64,000 nt of DNA from Eledone cirrhosa (taxonomy: Eukaryota), in NCBI GenBank assembly GCA_964016885.1, contig OZ024749.1, positions 28,458,001-28,522,000 on the forward strand. The letters are read 5' to 3'. Positions 28,235-41,000 of the stretch are shown here, one piece after another. Every line of letters starts with the position of its first letter. Positions within the stretch are counted from its first letter, which is position 1. Below the pieces are notes generated by a model. The model worked only from the letters and a program-made list of their open reading frames with translations, did not search any database and was not told the origin of the DNA. Both the position numbers and the translations under genes were made by a program.

Positions 28235-29931
28235 GATATTAAACAAATGGAAACTATATTTATAAAACCATATTTATTTCATTATACATATTTCAGGGAT
28301 ACCATATTAAAAATATGGCATGCCTTCTTCAGATAAAATACAATATACAAGCAGTTTTATAAATAAATTTGACGTACCATAAATATTGATCAACTTCCAT
28401 TTAAAAAGTTTTTAAATGGAAGTTGATCAATATTTATGGTACGTCAAATTTATTTATAAAACTGCTTATATATTGCATTTTATCTGAAGAAGGCATGCCA
28501 TATTTTTAATATGGTATCCCTGAAATATGTATAATGAAATAAATATGGTTTTATAAATATAGTTTCCATTTGTTTAATATCGTATATCTACTCCAAAACT
28601 TGTTGAGTGCTTTATATCAGTTATAAAATATTTACTCGTTGTAACCCAACAATTTTAAATAAAACTTTTGCATATATATATATATGGATGCAACCAGTCA
28701 ACTTGAAATGTTTCTCACAACCCTACTAACTGAGAATTTTAACGAAAATAATTCAACCAATAAAATAATTCAAATATGAATGTTTTTTTTAATGTTGAAA
28801 CTATGTTGCTTTATTGCAAGCTGCCACAACGCAGGTTTAACTTTATATTCCATTTCTTTGCCTTATATCCAGTTTCTAGTACAGTGTTGGTTCGTATCGA
28901 AGGGGAAGAAGTTGTCAACTGCCGTGTGGAAGGGGAACAGTTCTCTTTGAGTCGACCATTCTACTATACATCTGGATGTTACCGTTACTTATGTATGTGT
29001 GAATTAGACGGTTCATGGGATTGTCCCGCCGAAGATGCACGGACAATTTGTTCAGACCAAGAAGTCAAGCAACAAGGTAATATGCTTTGTGAGTGGAAAG
29101 AAAATCCGCTTCAACAAGGCACTTTAACAAATTCTTTTCATAGAAGATGATAGTGAGAAAATTAATTGAATTTACCCTTATTCTTATCGATTCGTTTGAT
29201 TGGAAAACGGGAGAGGGGAGGCTTATTATTGGCAAAAATATCAATTATCTACAGTAGTTCATGTTGTATACACACAGGAGCAGATTGATGCTGGAGTCGG
29301 GCTTATAGATTCCATAGGTGACCTTGAGCCAATCATCTGCGAAACGCACGTAACAGGTCGATACTCAATAAAAACAAATACATGTAAACGAAACTTCATC
29401 GTTTTTTCATATTATATACACTCTGCCTGTGCATTTTCTGAAATATATAGTGACTGATCGGCCTGATTTGCATATTAGCAGACTGGTTGCCAATACAAGA
29501 GTGAGAATGAGGGGCTCATTCTACTGATATGGCTTATAAAAGAAGCTGTTTGCTTAATTACAAATGAATCGAATATTATTATTAATATTCGAAAAACTCA
29601 GATTACATTTATTGTATTCAGCCATGTAGAGCGATAAATAGTTGTTAGTTATTTGAATATGGCAAAGCCGGTCATTAGTCGGTTGTATACATAAAACTGA
29701 CTGGCCCATCTGCTGATATGCAAATCTGACTGATCAGCCAGTCTGCTGATATGCAAATCAGGCCGATCAGTCACTGTATTTTTCAGAAAATATCATATAT
29801 TTTCACTAGCTCTGAAAGTTGGTAGATAAGCAGTAAACTGCACTGATGAAGGATAACCACCCAGAAACATTAGTGTCTGCAGTTCTGTTTGCATACCAAC
29901 ACAAGAGCGAGCATGAGGGGCTCATTCTACT

Positions 29932-30003
<72 letters not shown>

Positions 30004-30007
30004 ACAC

Positions 30008-30071
<64 letters not shown>

Positions 30072-30267
30072 ATAGCTTTCACCATATTTTTGACTAAAGG
30101 AATTTTAGCTTGATAACGGGGTTTAGAACCCTCAGATAAATGGAAAAAGATGAGTATTGACGTACATGTACGTCAATACTCATCTAAAATTCCTTTAGTC
30201 AAAAATACGGTGAAAGCTATATATTTTCTAATTTCAAACTCGCTCACTGTTTCAAAACATACTTACT

Positions 30268-30320
<53 letters not shown>

Positions 30321-32310
30321 TATCCCGGGTTCAATCGGGGGTAACCACATTAAGTAAGGTACTCAATGTGTGTATGTAAGGCTTTCCTGATCATTTCCTC
30401 CGAATGAAACAGTTCTAGTCCTGTAGAAGTCACTTGTATATTTTATATATATATATATATTCGTTTGATTGCCGAACTGGAGTGTGTGTGGGGGGGGGGG
30501 GGGGGCTTATTATTGGCAAACCGTATTTGTCCATTATATATATATATATATATATAAAGCGGGTAAAATTCCCGAGATCCATGGACGAGTTCTCTCCAGC
30601 GGTCTCTGTCCCTCATTATCGCTGCCATGTCGTGCGTCTCCAACAGACCAGTGTCTGTCCTTAGGGCATCAACATACGTTAACCTTGGTCTTCCTCTTCT
30701 AGTGTGTCCATGTAGGGGCTCCCACAGGAGCACTGAGTGCAATGTCAACTCTGGATGTCGGTGAGCATGTCCAGCTAACCTCAGTCTCCTCTGTGTCACT
30801 TTTGTGTGTGTGTGTGTTCTCGTCTTCTTTAGCTCCTTCTGTTCCCTATGGAGCATTGAACGATTTTCGTTGTTCCTGTAACAATTTTGATTAATGAAGG
30901 TAAGATTGGTAACTTCGTGTCTCGGACATCTTTTCTCAATATAGATTGAAAATCAGTCTAGCGTTTCTAAGTTATAGGTTGGACGGTCCGCAACTGCAGA
31001 TAGGGCTAATTTCAGATGCTGTCAGCAATTCACTTCATTCTATTTTTAAAAGAATATTAAATAATTGTTTCTACTTTTCGTACAAGACCAGTAATAATCC
31101 CCAGCGCATTACTGGTGCTTTATTTTATCGATCCCGTAAGGATGAAAGGCAAAGTTAACCTCGTCGGGATTGGAACCCAGACCGTAAAGGGCCGCAACTC
31201 TATGCTGCAAAACATGGCGTCCCACCTGCCAATCAATCCACTGCCAATTCAAAGAAAATTAAATAATTTTATTTCAATACTATGTCCAGTATTGAAACGA
31301 CGTTTCTTTAAATCATTTCACTCTACTTTGAAAGAGACAGTGAGTAAAGGTACCCCTGGATTTCAAATAACTTTCTTTATATCCTGGATAACGTTACATC
31401 CTGTGTTAAAATGACATTTCTTCAAATTACTACAATCTAAGAACATTAGATAACGCTATGCCTTGTATTGAAATGATGTTTCTTTAAATCGTTTCACTCT
31501 TCTTTGAAAAAGACAGTGGGTAAAGATATGTCTAGTTTTGAAATAATATTTCTTTAAATCGTTTCACTCTATTTTGAAGGAGGCAGTGGATAAAGATACG
31601 TCCAGTTTTGAAATAATGTTTCTTTAAATCCTGGATAACAATATTTCTTTATTAATTTGAAAATGTCTCCGTTATAGGGTCAACAGTTATGTCACGAAAT
31701 ATGATTGTGATTGACGAGGTGAAAGCTTGTTATGCTAAGGGCCGCTACTACACACTCGACCGAGCATTTACCTTTATTGATGGCTGTTTCCGATATAACT
31801 GCCGATGCTATGAAAGCGGTTCCTGGGAATGTGAGGCGGAGAATGCTGAGTATATCTGCCAGGGAAGCGCCATCACCGACCGACAACGACAACAACAGTG
31901 TAAGTTAATCTGCAGCCATAATCATTATATTATTTATTGATTTGTATATCATTTGTCGATGTGTTTATCTATTTTCAATTATTTTCTATTTCCAGTTTAT
32001 AGCCGAAGTGTGATAATCTCTGGTGGAACAAAAGTGAAGTTTTGTATCACCCAAGGTGTCCGCCACGCATTAGGACAACCATTTACTTTCTCATATGGAT
32101 GTTTCCAATATATGTGTAATTGTTTAATCAATGGATCCTGGGACTGTCCAGTAGAGAAGGCCAGATTCATTTGTCCTACAACTCAAACAGAAATCTCGAG
32201 AAAAAGTAAGGACATCAATTTGTTAAATATTTCTTTTCCTTATCATTCTCACTCTTTCTTCTAATCCTTATTAAATACTAGATGAAAACGAAATCGTCTT
32301 CTCCTTTCTA

Positions 32311-32388
<78 letters not shown>

Positions 32389-32810
32389 TTACACACACTC
32401 TTTCTAGACAAATGACGTTCCCTTTTCTCTCTCTATCTATGTACATGCCTCTCGCTTGGCGCTCCCCCTCTCTATATGAAGTGAGGGTGACGGACGGACA
32501 GACAGCGCTTTTATTATATCATAGATTTCTTCCTACACTTCTCACTCTTTTATTATTAAATATTTCTTTCATTCTTTTATCTTTTCTTTTTTTTCTTTTA
32601 TACTTTTATTATTCTCATTCTTTTTACTTTTTTATTCTTGTTATTTTTATATTCTTCTTATTCGTGTTACTGGATTCATTCATTAGACTGTGGCCATGCT
32701 AGGTTCACCGCTTTCATCCCCGTATTTATATCTTCTTTTGTTGTTGTTGAAATGTCTTTTTGTCCAACCGCTTAGTTACGGGGCATACACATACACGCGC
32801 ACACACACAA

Positions 32811-32861
<51 letters not shown>

Positions 32862-32892
32862 CATACATATCACACACACACACACACACACG

Positions 32893-32933
<41 letters not shown>

Positions 32934-34927
32934 ATATACGAGATGTTTCCACTTTCTTTCTATCAAATTTCTCTGGCAAGGCATTGGGTAGCCTGTAGTG
33001 ACAATAAGACAAGACACTGGTCTTAGGTCTTGAATAATCGCACCCCTCCCGCTTATTAATTCCCCCCCCCCCCCATCCATGCAATTGTGAAAGGGTTAAA
33101 CCTTTAGTTACCAACCCCTCCAAAACCGGCTCTGGTTCTATGAAATAAAACCACCCATTTTAAAGGTCTACAGTTTAAATTAAAATCTTCCAACATAATT
33201 TTATATAAGGACTTTATGTTAAGTTACTATGTTAGTAATTAAATAATTAATAATTTTAGTAAATCCCTCAAAATTCTTCATTAATTAATTAAAATAGAGT
33301 GTATTTCATTTAAAATACAGTGATAAAAGGGTTAAATATTCTTCTTTCCTCAATGCAGCCTATACTTGGAGCATGTACATTATACTGAACGAAAACATAA
33401 GAAGTTGTGTAGCCAATGGCGTTGATTACACGCTTGGACGGACCTTTTACTTCATTGAAAACTGTTTCAAGTTTAGATGCAACTGCCATTCAGATGGCTC
33501 GTGGGAATGTCCTGCTAAGAGAACAGAATACTCATGTGGACCTCGGCAAGAAGAGAAACATCGAACGGTTCACACAACACATCGAACAGGTAAAAAAAAA
33601 AAAAAAAAATCTTTTTCCTCGTCACTGAAATAATATATTTCATCATCATTGTCGTAATTCGTCGTCGTCATTATTATAATCATCATCATTATCATCATCA
33701 TCGTAATCGTCGTCGTCGTCATCTCCATCATCAGCGTCACCACCATCATAGTTATCATCATCACCATCATCATCATCATCATCATCACTAACACCATCAC
33801 CACCGTCATCATCATCACCATCATATCTATCATCAGCGCCATCATCATCATCATTATCATCACCATAACCATCATCATCATAGAGATCCTCATCATTGTC
33901 ATCGTTACTCGTAACTGGGTCAGCTAGTCGTTGGCGAGGTGCCATTCTAGACGTTTTGGCAGTCAACTGTCGCCACAGATCTCAGTTCTCTGTCATGTGC
34001 AGAAGTATCAGCTTTGTTTTGCGACCTGACCAATCTATGATATTATCTGACCAACACTAATATCCAGCAAAGGCCAGTGGATTCTGTCCTCAATTATACA
34101 CAGATAAGGTCGTAATGTTGAGACCTGTCCAGTATACGATGTTATCTGACCAGCAAATGTCACTGGTCCCAGTCCACAATTAACCAAAGATAAGGTCGTA
34201 ATGTTGAGATCTGTCCAGTCTACGATGTTGTTTGACCAGCTCTGATAAAGACCAGCAAAGGTCACCGGCCCTTTCCCACAATTAATCAAAGATAAGGTCG
34301 TAATTTTGAGACTTGTCCAGTCTGTGATGTTATCTGACCAGCTCTGATAATAAACAATCGCCATTGGCAATTGTCCTCAATTATACACAGAAAATGTCGT
34401 AATGTTGAGTCCTGTCAAGTCTACGATGTTATCTGACCAGCTCTGATAACCAGCAATCACCACAGGTCCCCAATTATGCACAGATATGGTCGTAATGGTA
34501 AGAAATGTTTAGGTCCTCGTACTCCAGGATATTGTCAGACAAGAATTTTCTTTGTCTACTGCTTATTCGTCCTACTTTAACCGTGTCATGGAGAATGGTT
34601 TTTACCCAGGAATCGTGGCAAGACAAATGTCTGTATCTAGCCTGCTTAAGTATTTTCAATGAAATGTTATGGTGGACACAAAAACAAAAATTATATTTTG
34701 TCAGGTTGAAACTTCTTAAATGTTTTACCGGCTCCAGCCCATGAACTGTGATCATGCTGGAGCTACATGTAAATTCAATCAAGTTTCTGTAGAATTGATG
34801 ACGAAAACAATCATTTGTTCTAATCAGTGGATAAATCCTCCAGGTAACAGAAAAAAGACAGATGTGACAGATAACATAATAACGTATATCTTTCTTCAAA
34901 TCTCTTCTTGCCTGGTTTTTCATAATA

Positions 34928-35012
<85 letters not shown>

Positions 35013-38000
35013 TCCGATATTGCAACTTTTCCGTTAAAATCCAGTGGATGGTGCTTCGGGAATCCTCAAGAATCAAAATGCAGAGAGCATCCAGAGTGAT
35101 CCGCCGATCTTTACGCATGTTTTCCTCGGAAGGAGACCTTACTTTTGGGATGGCCCTCTATATAATAACTGCACGAAATTCACACTTGGCGGTAGCGTTC
35201 AACGGGAGCTCCATTCTCAACGGCTGCCAAGCCAAGATTCAGTATCCCAGCGAAGCGCACGCATGCTTGTTTGGGAGTGAAGGAAGCACCAATCAAAAGA
35301 GTGTTGCCAACAGCCGTACGAACAGTTTCTCTGCGTCTACATCGCTTTGGAGACCCTACTTTTGGCATTACCCTCGTATATATATATATATATACGTGGT
35401 GAGGAAACAAGAAGTATAAACTAGTCATCAATAAGTAATATTTATATTCTAGATAGAATATGATATTGTTTCCAAAGTATAATCGAGTGTTTCCAATGAA
35501 AAAAATATGTATTTCTCATAGATTAAATCTTTCTTCACATTTCAGCAAACTTTCGATCTGTAGTTGTCTCATCAACATTAGATGTAACAGATTGTATGGT
35601 TAATAATCAACGTTATCGTCTTGGACGTGAATTTTCATTCACTGAAGGTTGTTTTGAATACCGTTGTATGTGCTACAATAATGGATCTTGGGTGTGTCCT
35701 TCATCTCAATCACGATATACCTGTCGTTTGGATACACATTCAGAAGAAACACCAGGTAAATATTTGATATAAAGCTATTTGTCTCTTTATATATATTTGC
35801 GGCAAATAATCTTCCAACTACAATACATATTATATAACCAATAAGAACCACTCTACATAAATTATATTTATCATCAAGACATAAGTCTTCTGTTAATGCT
35901 TCTTAAATCTGTAAACATTGTGAAATTATTCATGTATTTATATCCTACAAAATATCAATAAAATATGTTTGAAAGATCAGCTGTTAAAAAATTGGATTTG
36001 TCAGTGTTTACGGTGTAAGGTATGTGATTGCTGTAGACAAGTAACTGGTATATGTTTTCTAATTCATTTTAGTGTCAAGCAAACAGTTCTTCGTGATCTT
36101 TAGCGCAAATCCAAACACCTGTTTGGCAAATAATCAGGAATATCCATTAGGACAACGATTCTCATTTGTTTTGGATTGTTTCCAATTTAATTGTGACTGT
36201 TTCTACAATGGATCTTGGGAGTGTCCTGCAGATAGATCAGAATTTGTGTGTAAAGATCCACCAGTACGAGTACCTCCAAGAAAACCAACCTATGACGGTA
36301 AAATATGTTCCAATATATTTGTATTGTTGAAATGTTCTTTCAATTGAAACTACGTTGAGATCTTAATTTCATTGATGTCTCGAATTTATTCCCTTTTCAA
36401 AATGGTACGAAATTACGACATCTTATTTATTAGTATAGAATATGTGAGAGTTCGTGAAAGTATTAATACCTTGCACAGAATTCATTAAATCTCATGTGAA
36501 CCTAAAAATATAAACCCGAAATATTATTTCCTATGCCAAACTCTGAAATAGATTCAATATATATTCTTCGAAATATTTTAATAAAGATTAGTATATTTAT
36601 AACGATTTGAACAGGCTATCATCAAATACAATTCTATTATATTTTAAATATTCCATTATGACCAAGCACCAAGCATATATATAATTTGTTTGAAAAAGAA
36701 AATGGTGGTTTCTATAAATTAAATATAAATACGTAGTGAAACGTGAGACATCATGTATTTCAAATCACGCGAAGAAAAGGGAAATAAACACTTAATATTA
36801 ATATTCTAAATTGAAACACATTTTCTTCCAAAGTATAATCGAATGTTGCCAGTGAAATAAATAAGTATTTCTCATAGATTGAATCTTTCTTCCTATTTCA
36901 GCAAACTTTCGATCTGTAGTTGTCTCATCAACATTAGATGTAACAGATTGTATGGTTAATAATCAACGTTATCGTCTTGGACGTGAATTTTCATTCACTG
37001 AAGGTTGTTTTGAATACCGTTGTATGTGTTACAATAATGGATCTTGGGTGTGTCCTTCATCTCAATCACGATATACCTGTCGTTTGGATCCACATTCAGA
37101 AGAAACACCAGGTAAATATTTGAAATAAAGCTATTGGTCTCTTTATATATATTTGCGGCAAATAATCTTCCAACTACAATACATATTATATAACCAATAA
37201 GAACCACTCTACATAAATTATATTTATCATCAAGACTTAAGTCTTCTGTTAATCTTTCTTACATCTGTAAACATTGTGAAATTATTCATGTATTTACAAC
37301 CTACAAAATGTCAATAAAATATGTTTGAAAGATCAACTGTTAAAAAATTGGATTTGTTAGTGTTTACGGTGTAAGGTATGTGATTGCTGTAAACAAGTAA
37401 CTGGTATATGTTTTCTAATTAATTTTAGTGTCAAGCAAACAGTTTTTCGTGATCGTTAACTCAAACCCAAACACCTGTTTGGCAAATAATCAGGAATATC
37501 CATTAGGACAACGATTTTCATTTGTTTTGGATTGTTTCCGATACAATTGTGACTGTTTCTACAATGGATCTTGGGAATGCCCTGCAGATAGATCAGAATT
37601 TGTGTGTAGAGATCCACCAGTACGAGTACCTCCAAGAAAACCAACCTATGACGGTAAAATATGTTACGATATATTTGTATTGTTGAAATGTTCTTTCAAT
37701 TGAAACTACGTTGAGATCTTAATTTCATTGATGTCTCGAATTTATTGTTTTTTGAAAATGGTACGGAATTACGACATCTTATCTATTAGTATAGAATATG
37801 TGAGAGTTCGTGAAAGTATTAATACCTTACACGGAATTCATTAAATCCTATGTGAACCCAAAAATATAAACCCGAAATATAATTTCCTATGCCAAACTCT
37901 GAAATACATTCAATATATCTTCGAAATATTTTAATAAAGAGTAGTATATTTATAAAGATTTGAACAAGCTATCATCAAGTACAATTCTATTATATTTTAA

Positions 38001-41000
38001 ATATTCCATTATGACCAAGCACCAAGCATATATACAATTTGTTTGAAAAAGAAAATGATGGTTTTGTGTAAAGGAAAGTAACGTAGCCTGCCGGGAGATT
38101 TCTATAAATTAAATATAAATACGTAGTGAAACGTAAGACATGGATTTCAAATCACGTGAAGAAATGGGAGATAAACACTTTGGCAGTATCGGTAGAGGGT
38201 CGGACGCCATGCTTTCCAGCATAGTTACGTCCCTTTACGATCTGAGTTCAAATCCCGCCGAGGTTGACTTTGCCTTTCATCCTTACGGGGTCGATAAAAT
38301 AAAGTACCAGTAATGCACTGGGTAATTGCTGGCCTTGTGCCAAAAGTAGAAACAATTAATATTCTAAATTGAAACACATTTTCTTTCCAAAGTATAATCG
38401 AATGTTGCCAGTGAAATAAATAAGTATTTCTCATAGATTGAATCTTTCTTCATATTTCAGGAAACGTTCGATCTGTAGTTGTCTCATCAACATTAGATGT
38501 AACAGATTGTATGGTTAATAACAAACGTTATCGTCTTGGACGTGAATTTTCATTCACTGAAGGTTGTTTTGAATACCATTGTATGTGTTACAATAATGGA
38601 TCTTGGGTGTGTCCTTCATCTCAATCACGATATACCTGTCGTTTGGATCCACATTCAGAAGAAACACCAGGTAAATATTTGAAATAAAGCTATTTGTCTC
38701 TTTATATATATTTGCGGCAAATAATCTTTCAACTACAATACATATTATATAACCAATAAGAACCATCATCATCATCATCATCATCAACGTTTAACGTCCG
38801 TGTTGCACGCTTGCATGGGTTTTTGACGGGGGTATTTCCCACTTGAGGCAAGAGTGATTGTTTTGCTCGCATAGGACTGTCTGGCGGGTTTTCTACAGCT
38901 GGATGCCCTTCCTAACACCAACCACATTTACAGTGTGGGGCTGGGAGGTTTTTACCGTGTTGCCTACACAGCCACATTACAGCGTGGACTGTCTGGCGGG
39001 TTTTCTACGCCTGGATGCCCTTCCTAACACCAACCACATTTACAGTGTGGGGCTGGGAGGTTTTTACCGTGTTGCCTACACGGCCACATTACAGCGTGGA
39101 CTGTGTGTTTTTTTGTCGTAACACCTACACGATCTCATTTGTTTCGGCCTGGATGTTGTGGCACCAACATAACTTTACATTGAAAGGGGGTGGTGTGGAT
39201 GGGGTGGGAGTGGTGGGACGGGGTGTATTTTGTTAGAGATGCCTACTGACTGTACTAGGTTTTACTTTGTATTTAGGTAAGGCGGGTCTTCTCTATTACT
39301 GAGTACCGCCAAAGGTCTCGGTCCAGTGACATTGTCTTGGAGAGGTGTAAGTGTGTGAGGTCGGAATTTATCAGCTCGTCCCAGGTTTTTCTGGGTCTGC
39401 CTACTCCGTGGCTACCGTCTATCTTTATTGCCCTGCACTTTGTTATACAGCTATCGTCTTTCATGCGCATCACGTGACCATACCAACGTAGCCTTCTCTC
39501 GAGTAAACATCTGATCCCTCTTATTTCTAATTTTTTCCTTAGTTCGTTTATGCTTTGCCGTTCACGTATATTACTATTACACATCCAGCGGAGCATGCAA
39601 GCTTCGTTTCTCTCTAGTCTGCGTATATCCTCTGCACACAATGCCCAGGTCTCACTGCCATGCAACATTGCTGTTCGTATGCAGGCATCATACAACCTGC
39701 CTTTCATTTTCAGGGAGAACCCTTTAGCGGCTAATAGTGGTATAAGCTCTCTGAACTTTTTCCATCCAGTTCTGACTCTAGCTACTGTACTTTCAGAGCA
39801 CCCTCCCCCACTGCTGATTTTGTCACCCAGGTAACGGAAGCTGTCCACTATTTCTATAGAACCCTCTGCGCAGTTGAAAGAGCTAGTATTTTGTGGGCAC
39901 TTGCTGCTACTTATTGCACCAGAGCACCGGCCACATGTAAAATCTATGTTCTTAGTTAGCTTACCTGTGATCCCACTACATCTTTTATGCACCCATACTT
40001 TCCATTTGGGACACAAAATGAAGTTTCTACCTACGCCTTTCCTACACACTGAGCATGGCCACTTCCCGGAAGGGACCGCCGCCTTATTTTCTTTCTTACA
40101 AACTAGCCAGGTTAATTTTAAGGCCTTTTGATTCTAGGCCGTGCTTCCATGTTTGGAATTTTTTCTCTAGCTCGGCCATTGATTCAGCTATGAGTGTTAG
40201 GTCATCTGCGTATAGGAGTTCCCATGGGCAGCCGGTCTTGAACTCCTCTGTTATAGCCTGAAGGGCAATAATAAATAGTAGGGGGCTGAGAACAGAGCCC
40301 TGATGGACGCCAACTTTTACGCTAAATTCTTCACTATATTCGTTGTTAATTCTAACCTTGCTGACTGTTTCTTTATACATGGCTTGTATAGCTCTCACAA
40401 GCCATTCGTCAACACCTAGTTTTCTAAGAGCCCACCAGATAATGGAACGGGGGACTCTGTCGAAGGCTTTCAGCAAGACGACAAAAGCTAAGTATAGGGG
40501 TTTACTTTTAGCTAGGTACTTCTCCTGTAGTTGTCGTACAATGAAAAGAGCGTCTGTGGTACTTTTGCCTGACACAAACCCGAACTGCATTTCATCTAGA
40601 TCAATTCTCTCTCTGATTAGTTACGCTATTACTTTTTCCGTGACCTTCATGACCTGGTCGATTAATTTAATGCCTCTATAGTTACTCCTATCTAGGGCAT
40701 CTCCTTTACCATTATAATAGTTAACGATGATGCTGCTACGCGAGTCCTTCGGAACAACCCCATTCTGTACGACTTGGTTAACTATCCGGGTGACCATGGT
40801 GTGTCCCACCGTACCAGATGCCTTCAGCATCTCAGCAACTATTTCCGAAGGCCCAGCCGCCTTACCCGTCTTCATATCTTTGATTGCCTTACTTATTATA
40901 CTACCTTCGACTAACACTGCTGGTCCCTCTATTGGGTCGATGTGGGGGAGACTGTGTTTCTCCCATTTATTCTCCTCATTTAGTAGCCTTTCGTAGTGAC

